Source: Okamejei kenojei
Lineage: Eukaryota
Reading direction: 5' to 3'
DNA: 64,000 bases
Assembly (NCBI GenBank): GCA_035221665.1
Contig: CM069132.1
Coordinates: 94,860,001-94,924,000 of the forward strand
Shown: positions 48,952 to 61,854 of the stretch, in pieces
Layout of the letters: every line of letters starts with the position of its first letter
How positions within the stretch are numbered: position 1 is the first letter of the stretch
The notes under the pieces: model-generated
The model's input: only the letters and a program-made list of their open reading frames with translations
What the model was told of the DNA's origin: nothing
Databases searched by the model: none
Translations under genes and position numbers: made by a program

Positions 48952-49222
48952 TTTTAGTTTAGTTTTTAGATTTAGAGATATAGTGCAAAAACAGGCCCTT
49001 CAGACCACTGAGTCCACGCCGACCAGTGATGATCGCTACACACTAATACTATCCTACACACACCAGGGACAATTTACATTTATACCAGGTCAAACAACCT
49101 ACTAACCTGTACGTCTTTGGAGTGTGGTAGGAAACCGAAGATCTTGGAGAAAACCCAAGCAGGTCATAGGGAGAATGTACAAACTCCGTACCTACAGCAC
49201 CCATAGTCAGGATCGAACCCGT
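48952..49222 (-). mobile_element. V-SINE (5'-truncated)
   Basis: Reverse complement of the V-SINE copies; B box appears as GGATCGAACC. Confidence 0.85.
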
Positions 49223-49717
49223 GCCATCCCTGATGTTGGATCTTGCTTAAGCAATTGCTACACTGGTGGAATGTCATCCATGATGACATGCTTGCCACGG
49301 ACCATCGACGGAGAACCTACTGGGAGGACTGGTGGGCCCTCACACCGTGGACTCTGAGCTCGGGCCTGAGCCACCGGCATTGACCAAGAATGAGAAGGGA
49401 CGTGGAACATGAGGACGGAGTCCCTGGGGGCTGAGGTCGCAAAGAACAAAGGGGTGGCACGGGTTCGACGGGGTGCCGCTGAGAACGAGACGACCTGTGG
49501 TGGCGGTGGTGGAGGGGGGGAGAGGGGATGAAGAAAGGACCAACAATATTTAAGCGTACTATGTAACTTTGTCTGTGCTTTGTGGTGAATCTTTTGTGTA
49601 CAGTCAATACAAAAACAAATAATTTCACTGTACCTTAATGACACATTTGACAATAAAGTATCTATCTATCTATGAATGCTGGAAAATTGCATCTTCCACA
49701 AACAACAGCCCTAGATA

Positions 49718-50764
49718 TAGCGATGTTACAATACTTACCTTCAGCGGTGCTGCAGTTCTGCCACTGGCCGTGTGCGCAACTTTGGCGCCTTTGTGGGGGG
49801 GGGGGGGGGGGTAGCGGGATTAAAATGCTGTTATCTGCTGCCTGTCAGAAGCAAACTTCCTCTGGCTGCCAGCTGCTGCAGAACAATCGAACGGACTTCC
49901 ATTCTCGAAAGTTAAAAAAAAAATTGCGGGACAATTTAATCACTGGAGTAAAATAAAAAGCTACTTCTAATGCCGTCAACACCTACAACGGGACGAATCT
50001 CATGTAGGGGAAAAAACATAATGTAATTTGTTTATTTTACATATAAACTTGTTTCTTGGGATGACTTTAATCCAATTTTAATTGGCGAAAATGTGATTTT
50101 GGCCCCAGACGAACCGGCAGTGTTTTTCCATGGGGTTCAAATTCACCGCAACGGCAACGTTCCAATTGATCGCGTTCCACAAAAACCCACTCGCAAGATG
50201 ATTTAAACGCCCATTAATTTACGGGAATTAAACATTAAATTCCTTCCATTTGGCCTATAAATACATGACAATGAGATTTTAAAATCATGTTACATTGTGA
50301 ATTCTTGTGTGAAAGATATTTGGACACTTAGGCTATTTAAAAATGTTAACCTTTTCTTAAGAAATGGATAGATGTTTAGATCTAATAATTGAATTTTGTA
50401 ATTAGCTACAATTAGGTAACTAACTAATTATATGCTTTAATTTCAGGTCATCCAAGTAAGATTGTTTCATATTTGTTTCAGAATGCTTCAATCTATAATA
50501 ACTGAAAATTTCATTTAGTTCTCTTAATTTTTAAGAACGTTTTTGGCTTTTGACTGTCCTCGATCACAGCTTTTGAGTTAAGTCAATGGAAAAGCAATAG
50601 GGAACAAGATGCTAATTTCAGAGTATGAAAATGGCCATAACTTTTTTTAGTACTGAAGATATGAAAGTGAATTAGTTGTCAAATTAAACTTATTTTTATG
50701 CTTTATCTGATGGGATAAATTGCAGACTTGATTTTTTAAATCTCAAAATTTTATAACATTGCTA
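49718..50764. mobile_element. Non-autonomous TIR DNA transposon (hAT-like), about 1.05 kb
   Basis: Terminal inverted repeats TAGCGATGTTACAA / TTATAACATTGCTA (12/14 match) and flanks CTAGATA / CTAGATG. Confidence 0.65.
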
Positions 50765-50914
50765 CTAGATGCAATCCACATTCAGAGATTTGTAGCTGAG
50801 GCTGAGGCAACAAAACTAAATCCATAGTTCACTGTTGAGTCCACTGCACTGATGACACCAATTCAGTCAGTTGCTACTGTGACTTAAGTCTTGCCAGTTT
50901 AAAACAGTCAGAAA

Positions 50915-51605
50915 GTCATAAGGTCGTAAGTGATAGGAGCAGGATTAGGCTATTTGGCCTATCAAGTCTACTCAGCCATTCAAACATGGCTGATCTATCT
51001 CTTCCTCCTAACCCCATTCACCTGCCTTCTTCCCATAACTTATGACACCTGTACTAATCAAGAATATATCTCTCCCTGCCTTAAAATATACACTGACGGC
51101 CTCCACAGCCTTCTGTGGTGAAGAATTCCACAGATTCACCACCCTCTGACTGAATAAATTCCTCCTCATCTCCTTCCTAAAAAAAAGTCCTTTAATTCTG
51201 AGGCTATGACCTCTAGTGCTAACTTCATTCAGACAGATAGGGTGAGATTGTATGGTGTTTGTGTCACAGTAATTGTGGCAAACAGATTTGCAAGTGCACA
51301 GAGTAAAACAGAAAGGACTGGAGGAACTTATTGGGTCGGGATGTTGCCTGACCTGCCATTCAGCCCATCGAGTCTACTCTGTCATTCAATCAAGGCTGAT
51401 CTCTACCTCCTCATCTCAATTTCCTGCCTTCTGCCCGTAACCCTTGACACCCTTTCTAATCAAGAATGTGTCCATCTCTGCCTTGAAAATATCCCTGACT
51501 TGGCCTCCACAGCTCTCGGTGGCAATGAGCTCCACAGATAAACTACCATCTCACTGAAGAAATTTCTCCTCACCTCCTTTCTAAAAGAGCGCCCTTTAAT
51601 TCTGA
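50915..51605 (-). mobile_element. Two CR1 3'-end fragments
   Basis: ATAGGAGCAGGATTAGGC...AATTCTGAGGCT (50915-51220) and a second copy at 51356-51605. Confidence 0.75.
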
Positions 51606-52267
51606 TCAAGACATTTACTCCAGCAAGTACATTTGTATATTGTTGTCGAATACACTGTCATGCTGAAAAATCTTTACTGGTGATGGGGCAAACACGCAGA
51701 TAGTGAGCACAGGAGACAATGGAGATTCCAGTACTGATGCAGGATCATAAACAAAATGCTAACCATCACTTTGCTCCCACAGATTCTGCTTGATCCATTG
51801 AGTTCTTCCAGCTGTTTTTTTTTTGTAGTCAGCAAACACGGCTACCAATCATTGCAGTATCCTTTAAAAACAGGGCAGGAATAATAAGGAAGAATGGATT
51901 GGAACAAGTTACACTAAGTCGAAGGAATATTTTCAATTTTGTCACATCAAAAAAGCCTTGCACCATTTATTTTACTTGTTCTAGTTCTATGGTCAGTACT
52001 TACATCTTCTTCTTATCTTCTTCCTTGTTGAAAATGGTATATTCAAGGAGAACTAACTAAATGTAACATGATATAATGTGTCAATTGGGTCTGACCAGTA
52101 GTAAAGCCAATCTTTTGCAAGCCTCACTCAAGTCTAAAGAGTGAAACTGAGAGGAAGATATATCAACATGGATCTTCTCTCCAGTCAGGGTCACAACAGG
52201 AACACATGTATAAATACATAAAAAATAAAACATCTATCTTTCACGATACACTACACATGTGAGCATC

Positions 52268-54906
52268 AATAGAAAGATTAAATGAGAACTTATCTTTTGA
52301 AGTTTGATCTTTATTTTATGAGAAGTTGAAGTGAGGGAATACGTGAAGAGCCTGCCAGCCCACATGCACGTCAATCTTCAGAGCAACTGTATGAAACCAC
52401 AGACCAGGTGCAGACCTTAAACTATAGAAAGATTAACAAGACTAGAGTTACCGGATGATCTTTTATGAGAATCAGGGTTGGGAGTGGAGGGCACATATTC
52501 CCTCACTTCAACTTCTCATAAAATAAAGATCAAACTTCAAACAGTAAGTTCTCGTTTAATCTTTCTATTTTATTTCAAAGTCACATAAGTGAATACGTGA
52601 AGATTTCAAAGCTCTATGGTTTCATGCAGTAACCCAATCTGTGTGTGAAACACTTAATCAGATAAACCATTAATGGTAGAAAACATGGATTATTAATACC
52701 ATGATGCTAACTTGCATACATGGCCATTGCTCTTAACCGAACCATCGTCCCAATTGACTTTGAGTTAGACAATAACTCATGCAAGACTGTTCAGAATTCT
52801 ATCTGCAAATATCCAGACATATTCAACCAAATTTTATAACTTCTAAGCTCTCACTATGTAATCCTCTTGCTGTACGATGAAAGGGAAATATCCATTCTAT
52901 TGGTTGCTAATGAGCCATCAGCAATCTCTTGAGAGACTATTAAATAACAATGAAGAAACTATCTTTCATCTCATAGGGACTTGCAAACTCAGTGTACTTG
53001 TATACCGAATAACACTCCCAATTTCGCCTCTGGTGGGTATGCTGTAAACTCCAAATGTACTCAATCATGCCCATTTTGCTTATGAGATAATTCCCATAAC
53101 AAGCTACCCTAATGTCACTTATGACCCAGACACCGAGCCAGAGATTGAGTAAAGATTGTGCTCTTTGTGCTGAAATCAGTTGCTGAAAGCATAATGAACG
53201 TAAAGGTACTGCTCCCATTAGGAAACTGTAGATGAATAGCTGCATAATAATTTACTGAAGTACATTGCACACTACGATGACTGTAGGCTTTTAGAGCGGT
53301 CATATAAACAAACACCTTGCATAACGTTAGAGAACAGCGGGTGAATAGCCAATCATTTATTGTCCCACTTATGGCATGATAAAGAATGACAAAACAGCAC
53401 AAGCAATGTCAATTGTGCTATCACATAATCGCTTTTCTAAGCCCAAACCAAAAGCAACACAAACCTCTGTTACTTCCGGTTAAAATTAACTCACATATCT
53501 TGTTCACAAATTTCCCATACAATTGTGGAAAGCTACCTGCCCGAGAAAAAAGGCTGCACCAGCCATCATTCGTGACTTCGAGTAAATAGGAGCTTTTTTA
53601 GCTGCCTTACCATGGCCTAAATGAATAGGCAAAGATGGCACAATTAAGTTTTATGTTGCCTCATCCTTAATATCGTAAGAGGCATCTACTGATAAACCCC
53701 CAAGTCTTATCAGCTGCAAAGTTTGCATGTCATCTAAACCTTAATGACACAATGCCCTTTGATTTAAGTAGGGCAGCATAGCTTCCACCACTGGCTATGT
53801 TATCAAACACCAAATATATCTGTGCCTCTTGTGTATTGATATGGTAAAGTATGCATCTTCAAGATCGATTCTCTGAATCAGCTAAATTGCTGACAGCCAA
53901 TCATCCATCTCAAACTGGATAACCAAACACATGATCAGATTAGCCAATCCTAACCTGATTTGGCATGCCCCATGTTCCTCCAATCTTGAGAAATATCAGA
54001 AATATATCCCTTTTCGTTCTTGAACAGACTACTCATCCCCTGTGAGATGTCACTGATTCCACTTGGAACCACCGTTCCGCTATTGGCCATACGGACGGAT
54101 GTTTCTTGGCTTCCCTTGCCACGGAAGATACATTATCTAGTTATACATTCAATTTGCTGATAACATATAACCAGAACCTTATGACAGAGTTGAAACACCG
54201 TACCCACTTCATGTGGGAATATGAGTTCCCTGTCAACTCTCGACTATTAGTCACCACGAATCCTCAGCGTTCCTCAGTGGAAATTAGCCTAATGCAAGCC
54301 TGAACCAGGAATTGCTTTGCAGTCCTCTGACTAAAACCACCTGTCTGAGTTGCCAGAGTGCGCAACACAATCTCTGCGACCAACCACTCAATCAGGAATA
54401 CTGATATTGAGAACCTACAGATTATTATATATACCCTTTTGATTCACAACATGAACCTGTAGGTGAGATAAAATACTATATGCCAGACCTGCTTCCCGCT
54501 AGTAGTTACCTATCCCAGAGACGATGGCAATGATGTTTTCAATGAACTGGCAACTGCACTAACTGAGCAGAATTTTAACCATGTGTTAAGGGAGACTACA
54601 ACTACTTCACTCTACTGAGCAGCCTGATAATCTCAATCACAGATGTTGAGGCAGTGCTTCCCTGGTCAATATGACCCATGTGGCCAGCAAGTTCCAGGAT
54701 GGTCTACTCTGAACCAGGGTAACCAAGCTGTTCCTACTTGGAAATTACATAGCTAGAATTTGCCCTAGAGATATTGATTGCATTAAGCATTTAAATTTAT
54801 TTGATGTTTGCACAATTTTTACACAAGATTGAAAAAATACTGATTGGAGTAACAGAAGGAAGTCAGTGATTCTGTTAAAAAAAATCATTCAACACCGAAG
54901 TATTAT
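52268..54906 (-). mobile_element. Degraded DIRS element (right end and internal complementary region clear; body eroded; left boundary uncertain)
   Basis: 52268-52620 is homologous to the reverse complement of 3775-4119, including the hairpin 52270-52345 / 52487-52567. An IDLEDAYFTISIHKRHRY RT motif lies on the minus strand at about 53815-53870. Confidence 0.7.
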
Positions 54907-56619
54907 TTTCACTTTAGTTAAGGAATCAGTCAGACAGCTTTTCCAGCTAAGATCTATTAAACTATCATATACTGCAGATGTAGGTTTAGTTTGGAATTGA
55001 GTTGCCAGACATTTATGTCTATAAAATATTATCAAAATAGATTATCTGCGGAAATGGCTCAGATGATATGCTAAACGTCTGGTGGATATTCTTAAATGTT
55101 GTACAAATGCTTGACACCATGAAGCAGCTGTTTCTAAGGTGATCAATGTCATGACAATCTGAAAGCTTAATTTCAAGCTTTCCCAGTTAAAGAACTATCC
55201 AACTATAACTTTGAAACCAAAGTACGTTAACATGCTAAATTGTGGGCCAGCGATTAGGGCACACTCATAACTCCATCTCAAATCTCACCTAAGTTCTGGG
55301 GTCAAGAAAAGGGCGTTCATGTTGCGGCACTGTTTCCACCTATCATTCCACCACCACGCACAGGAAACACAAGAAATGACATGACAAACACCATTGTATG
55401 CAGATGCCGAGAAGCGTTGAACAAAGAGCAGAACAACTTCTAGTCTTGTGTGTGGACTCGATAAGAAGAAGACCTAAGTTCTGACCATAGAATTAGAACA
55501 AGTAATATAAATGGTGCAAGTAGAATTCTCCTAATCATTGCCAGTGATAATTGATTTAATTTGCGAGGGAAGAAATATGGTTCCCTCTTCCTTTGTGTGA
55601 CAGTGCAGCTGCTTAGTTACTGATGTTATTAAGAAAGGCATAATGTCTTGTAAGTTTGCCAAAGTAATAATTGGAACTATTTCTCCAGCGAAGAAAATGG
55701 ACAACAACTCTACAACTAAAGCTAATTGAAATTGAGAAGAGCAATTAATGTGATGGAAGAGGCTGGGGCTATTTTAATAACGTAAAGTGTTGTAAAATGT
55801 TAAAGCTTGTAATAAGCGGAATGAAATCCAGTGATATTTTATTAAATTAAAGCACATTGAAAAACATTTTACTAACTTCTTGCACTCTCAAATGTAAGAT
55901 ATTAGTTTACTGCCTCTGTCCCTTTGCTGGTGAGTTGGTCCAATGATGAGCAAAATCTACATATAACTTTGTACACTTGCAGAAGTCCTAAAGAAAGCCC
56001 AGTAGATAAGTGGGGGTTGATGGATGTGAATAAGGGAAGAGCAGTGATGACAGCAAAAAACTGGATGGTTAACAAAGTGCAGTGGTGGGCACAGTGTGAT
56101 CTACTTTATAAACTAAAGCTTTGACTGATTCAACCAAAGATTGTGACATGGCAAACATGGCATAACCATGTTCTTTTGGCAACTTTTGGCACTCTCCACA
56201 AATCACCAATTCCCTTGAAGAACTCCACTTCCTCCTTTAATTGGAATAAACTAACTTTGATACTTCATTTTCATGTTCACATTAAGATCAGTTTCTTGTC
56301 ACATATACCAGGATGCAATCAATTTCGTTGTTCACGGGAAGCTCAGGGGACAAACAGTATACATGCAGTAATGATAAATATGATAACCAATACAACAAGT
56401 CTGGGGCAGCAGAATGATATGAAGTTGTAGTGCAAAATCCGGGTCATGCAAAAGAATATTGAGGTACAATAACGGGATAACTGGATGAGATAGCACAGCA
56501 CCTGCAAGCATGGGGAGCCCTCCGTCGTCACTGGGGAGGCCTTCGGGCAAGACTAAAGCAATGAGACATGCAAAACCCAACCTCCTTTGCATTCCTTTGG
56601 CCAATGTGCAATAATTGGA

Positions 56620-56846
56620 GAACAAGATAGAGGCACGCAGCCCAGATGGCTCAATACCTGTGTGGATCCTCTGGCTGGGATATTCAAGGACATCTTCTCA
56701 GCTACTTCAAAAGGGAATCTATCTGGGAAGAACATTGTTATCTGCCTCAATGAATACCATCTGGTAGCACTTGCATCCACTGTAATGAAGTGTTTTGAGC
56801 TGTTCATTGCACCCTGGGGTATATGACAATAAACTAATCTGAATCA
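56620..56846 (+). mobile_element. Rex1/Babar LINE RT fragment with tail
   Basis: CVDPLAGIFKDIF...CLNEYHLVALASTVMKCFE and GACAATAAACT tail. Confidence 0.7.
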
Positions 56847-56851
56847 GTAAA

Positions 56852-57277
56852 GAAAGACACCAAATGCTGGACTAACTCAGTGGGACAGGCAGCATCTCTG
56901 AAGAACATGGATAGGTGACGTTTCGGGTTGCGACGCTTCTTCAGATTGAAGAAGGGTCCTGACCCAATATGTTACCAATCCATGAATATATACACAAAAT
57001 GCTGGAGTAACTCAGCGGGGCTGGCAGCTTCTCTAGAAAGAAGGAACAGGTGACGTATCAGTTCGAGATCCTTCGTCAGACTGAGCCTGTCCTGCTGAGT
57101 TACTCCAGCATTTTGTACCTATCTTCAGTGTAAACCAACATCTGCAGTTCCTTCACACGTCTCCTGTTCTACACATGTCACCTGTTCTACACATGTTCTT
57201 CAGCGATGCTGTCTGTCCCACTGAATTACTCCAGCATTTTGTGTCATTTTTTTCCTAAATAAGCACCTGCAGTTCCA
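56852..57277. mobile_element. Nested Penelope-derived fold-back repeats
   Basis: The outer palindrome is centred on CTTCTTCAGATTGAAGAAG (centre 56945); an inner palindrome spans about 56985-57157. Confidence 0.7.
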
Positions 57278-59770
57278 TGTATCTTAATCTGTAAAGGTTG
57301 GGCAGTGGTGTCCTTGCCACAGATGGCTTATCTTTTCTTAGCCAAGCTGTTGAATCAAACTCTGTTAAGGCAGCTGCCCTAGAGTGTTCTGAGGTGTGTG
57401 TAATAAGCTGTAGAGTGTGAATGTGAACAGTTTGAATTTGATGCCAATGTATGTCCCTTGCATCTATTTTCAACGTGTTATTTGGTATATTTTGAAAGCA
57501 AATCTGATTATTAATTTCAACTTTCTCTTCTCAAGCATAATGCTGAAGGTAGCATGTAATTAAATTATATGCTATTCAGTGAATTAACAATCAGTAAAAG
57601 AGCAAAATTGAGTTTCGTTCAATGGTCATTTTATTTTGTAGATATGTTTAGATATTTTGCTACAAGTAAGAAGTTCATTGTTCCATTTCAGAATATATGA
57701 CAATAAAACAGTTGACACTTTCAAGAGTCATATGTTCTGAAATTCTCTTGTGATCTTACATGGTTCGAGCAAAATTATGGCTTTTTGGTGGCTTTCTTGG
57801 GTAATATTTGGCTGCTTTTGAAGTCATGAAAACAAGTGGAATAAAGATATAATAAAAATTGCACAAGATCTTCATTCTCGAAAAAGAAAATCTCAGAGAT
57901 TCTGTTACATCAATCCTCCAGCTGAATGATCACCGGGATGCCTATTGTTGCCCTAAAAGAGCAGCAGATTACACTGCTAGGTTTGCAGGCATGATGGATA
58001 CTAGCTATATGTCCCAAATTGTGAAACTTGCTGTACCTGCTTAACACTGCCATCCATCAGATCTAGCCACAGAGGTTCCTGAGAAGGTGATCCTATCTGT
58101 TTTGAAGGAAAAGCAATGTGGAATAGAGCAGCACGAGGATCTTTAGTAAGAGGTGGAATCTCTATGGGAACTGCAAGGGAATCGATACTCAGTTCAGTTC
58201 AGTTTAGTTTATTGTCACGTGTACCTAGGTACAGTGAAATTTTTTTTGTTGCATGCTAACCAGTCAGCAGAAAGGCAATACACGATTACAATCAATCCAT
58301 TTACAGTGTATGTGTTAAGGGAATAAAGTTTAGTGCAAGGTAAGGCCAGCAAAGTCCGGTCAAAGATAGTCTGAGGGACATCAATGAGGTAGATAGTATT
58401 TCAGCATTGCTCTCTGTTTGTGGAAGGATGATTAAGAAGGCACAGTCTTGCTTCATCATTGATCATGTTTTCCATTTTCTTCCTTTCAAACAACAGGCAA
58501 ATCGGTCAATTTTACTTCGGAGTCATGTGAGTGATTCCGTGAAGAAGCCCCGTCAGTGCACCTGCGCGTCATTACGTCACACGCGCTTGGCGCACCAACA
58601 GGCTGGAGAGCATAGCTCCACCAGCGGTAAGTAAAACACCCGCAGGTAAGTGTTTTAAAGTTGCTGCGGTTTGCTAGGTCCCGTAAGGCTGGTTACAGGG
58701 ACGCCGACTTCAGGGCCGCCGGCAGTTCAGCCAGCGGCAGCAACTCCGGTGCTTCAGAGCACTGTGGCCACTCCTGTTGGGAGGCAGGCCAAGAGTAAAT
58801 TGTCCAGGCCTATCGACTGGTGAGTCAGGCCAGAAAGACTCCCCCCCCCCTTCCAATAAAAAGGTTGGGGACGTCTGGACAACATGGAACACCTCATAGA
58901 TAAAATGATCAACCAGGACGTATTCCAGCCGGGGTTTTATAACCCCAGGGTTCCCCAGCAGCTCTCAGCAGCAACCTCTAGCAGAGGTCCGTATAGCAAA
59001 GAGCTGTACACGTAGGAAGAACAATATGCCTACGAGTCTGCATGGGACCCATAACAGCAGCACCTTTTTAAGGGCTGCATGATACCTCCCGTGAGCATGA
59101 GCCAGGAGAGCCAGGGCAGGATATGACTCTGACCCTGAAGTTGGTGACACTGCAGAAGAGCATGCACCAAAGCACATGAGCTATGCTCCAGGTGTGCTGG
59201 ATGTGGCAGGCAAAATTTGCCATACCGGCTGGAACTGGTGAACAGATGGATGAAAACCTGGCCGGCAATGTTAACTATATGGCCTCTCACCAGCTCCAAG
59301 CCTCCATAATGGAGGAAACTTCGCAGAGTTATCAGACACCTGTTAACTGTGCATCGCTCGAAGTGCCCACAGGCTATCTGTGGGCAAATGGGCGCATCAT
59401 GAGGGCGCATGAGTTGAGGCTGCAGAAAGTCCTGAAACTGGTTGGAACAGGAATAATGGCGTTTAGGCAAATGGTACGAGGGCACCACTATCAAAAAACA
59501 CAGCAGGATATGGGCCCTGCTGTGTAATGCCCATTTTGAAAATTAATTATTCACAAAATAGCCATCAAGCCTACGCTCAACCCACGGTTCACAGCCTTGT
59601 GCAGATCCTCTAATATCCAGAAAAAAAACCTGGACGATGAGGCAAAAACAATCGGCCTCATCAAAACTCATCCCGGGAGCAGGATGCCGCCTCGAAAACC
59701 ATACCCTTTCAGACGGGCTACAGACGATGGTGCAGGTCAAGGACCAAGCCGGGCGACTCCAGCTACACGC

Positions 59771-59864
59771 ATCGCTCCTCGGCCTTTTGGCTAAGATCAA
59801 GTGTAGTATCTGTTCTTATCAGTTTAATACCTGATACGTCCCTTATCTAGTGACCAAAGCATTG
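59771..59864 (+). pseudogene. RNU2: 3'-truncated U2 snRNA retrocopy
   Basis: ATCGCTCCTCGGCCTTTTGGCTAAGATCAAGTGTAGTATCTGTTCTTATCAGTTTAATACCTGATACGTCC matches the U2 5' end from nt 1. TSD ACACGC at 59765-59770 and 59865-59870. Confidence 0.93.
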
Positions 59865-60279
59865 ACACGCTCCAATGCACACCCCAAACAGGGCCAGGAG
59901 ACTGAGGAACCCAGCAACCATGGAAGTACAAGTACTGGACTAGTCCAGGATATATCCTCTAGAGATCAGTCACCGGTCGGGGGTAGGTTGCAATTGTTCT
60001 ATGATGCATGGTGCTGCATAACATCAGATCTATCCATACTGGACTGTATCCGGGGGTATCTAATCAAGTTTATCTTGGAAGTATATCCACCCGTACCAAA
60101 TACACCTAGTCGGGTATTGGGTTTTCAATACCAGAAACTCTACAGGTGAATGATGAAATTGGAATATTATTCCAAAAGGGGTAATTGAAAGGACGGCATA
60201 TCAGCCTCAACAATTTGTGTCCAATATATTCCCCAGGCAAAAGAAGGATGGTGGGTGTCAAGCCATTCTGGACCTAACC

Positions 60280-61854
60280 TAATTAAAAGCCAATAAATCC
60301 CCAGGGACAGATAGGCTGCATCCCAGGATACTTAAGGAAGTAGCCCCAGAAATAGCAGATGCATTAGTGATAAATTTTCAAAACTCTTTAGATTCTGGAG
60401 TAATCCTGAGGATTGGAGGGTAGCTAATGTAACCCCACTTTTTAAAAAGGGAGGGAGAGAGAAAACGGGAATTACAGCCCAGTTAGTCTAACATCGGTAG
60501 TGGGGAAACTGCTAGAGTCAATTATTAAAGATGGGATAGCAGCGCATTTGGAAAATGGTGAAATCATTGGACAAAGTCAGCATGGATTTACGAAGGGTAA
60601 ATCATGTCTGACGAATCTTATTGAATGTTTTGAGGATGTAACTAGTAGAGTGGATAAGGGAGAAGCAGTGGATGTGTTGTATTTGGACTTTCAGAAGGCT
60701 TTCGACAAGGTCCCACATAAGAGATTGGTATACAAACAAAGCACACGGTATTGGTGGTTCAGTATTGATGTGGATAGAGAACTGGCTGGCAGACAGGAAG
60801 CAAAGAGTAGGAGTGAACGAGTCCTTTTCAGGATGGCAGACAGTGACTAGTGGGGTGCCGCAAGGCTCAGTGCTGGGACCCCAGCTATTTACAATATACA
60901 TCAATGATTTAGATGAAGGGATTCAAAGTAACATTAGCAAATGGACGAGGGAATTAAATGCAACATCTCGAAGTTTGCGGATGACACAAAGCTGGGGGGC
61001 AGTGTTAGCTGTGAGGAGGATGCTAGGAGGCTGCAGGATGACTGGGATAGACTGGGTGAGTGGGCAAATGCATGGCAGATGCAGTATAATGTGGATAAAT
61101 GTGAGGTTATCCACTTTGGTGGCAAAAACAGGAAGGTAGACTATTATTTGAATGGTGACCGATTAGGAAAAGGGGAGATGCAGCGAGCATGCAGGTGTAG
61201 CAGGCTGTGAAGAAAGCGAATGGTATGTTGGCATTCATAGCAAAAGGATTTGAGTACAAGAGCAGGGAGGTTCTACTGCAGTTGTACAGGGTCTTGGTGA
61301 GGCCACACCTGGAGTATTGCGTACAGTTTTGGTCTCCTAATCTGAGGAAAGACATTCTTGCCATAGAGGGAGTACAGAGAAGGTTCACCAGACTGATTCC
61401 TGGGATGGCACAACTTCCATATGAAGAAAGACTGGATAGACTTGGCTTGTACTCGCTGGAATTTAGAAGATTGAGGGGTGATCTCATAGAGACTTACAAA
61501 ATTCTTAAGGGGTAGGACAGGCTAGATGCAGGAAAATTGTTCCCGATGTTGGGGAAGTCCAGGACAAGGGGTCACAGTTTAAGGATAAGGGGGAAGTCTT
61601 TTAGGACCGAGATGAGAAAATAATTTTTCACACAGAGAGTGGTGAATCTGTGGAATTCTCTGCCACAGAAGGTAGCTGAGGCCAGTTTGTTGGCCATATT
61701 TATGAGGGAGTTGGATTTGGCCCTTGTGGCTGAAGGGATCAGGGGGTATGGAGAGAAGGCAGGTACAGGATACTGAGTTGGATGATCAGCCATGATTATA
61801 TTGAATGGCGGTGCAGGCTCGAAGGGCCGAATGGCCTGCTCCTGCACCTAATTT
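60280..61854 (+). mobile_element. 5'-truncated CR1 LINE inserted in the DIRS RT
   Basis: KSPG.D.LHPRILKE, QHGFTKGKSCLTNL, FADDTKL and LEYCVQFWSP. TSD CTAACC at 60274-60279 and 61855-61860; removal restores ILDLTRLNSYV. Confidence 0.95.

Noticed and set aside
59771-59864. Functional U2 snRNA gene
   Set aside because: It lacks the Sm site and 3' half, has substitutions, is flanked by a TSD, and its upstream sequence is DIRS rather than an snRNA promoter.
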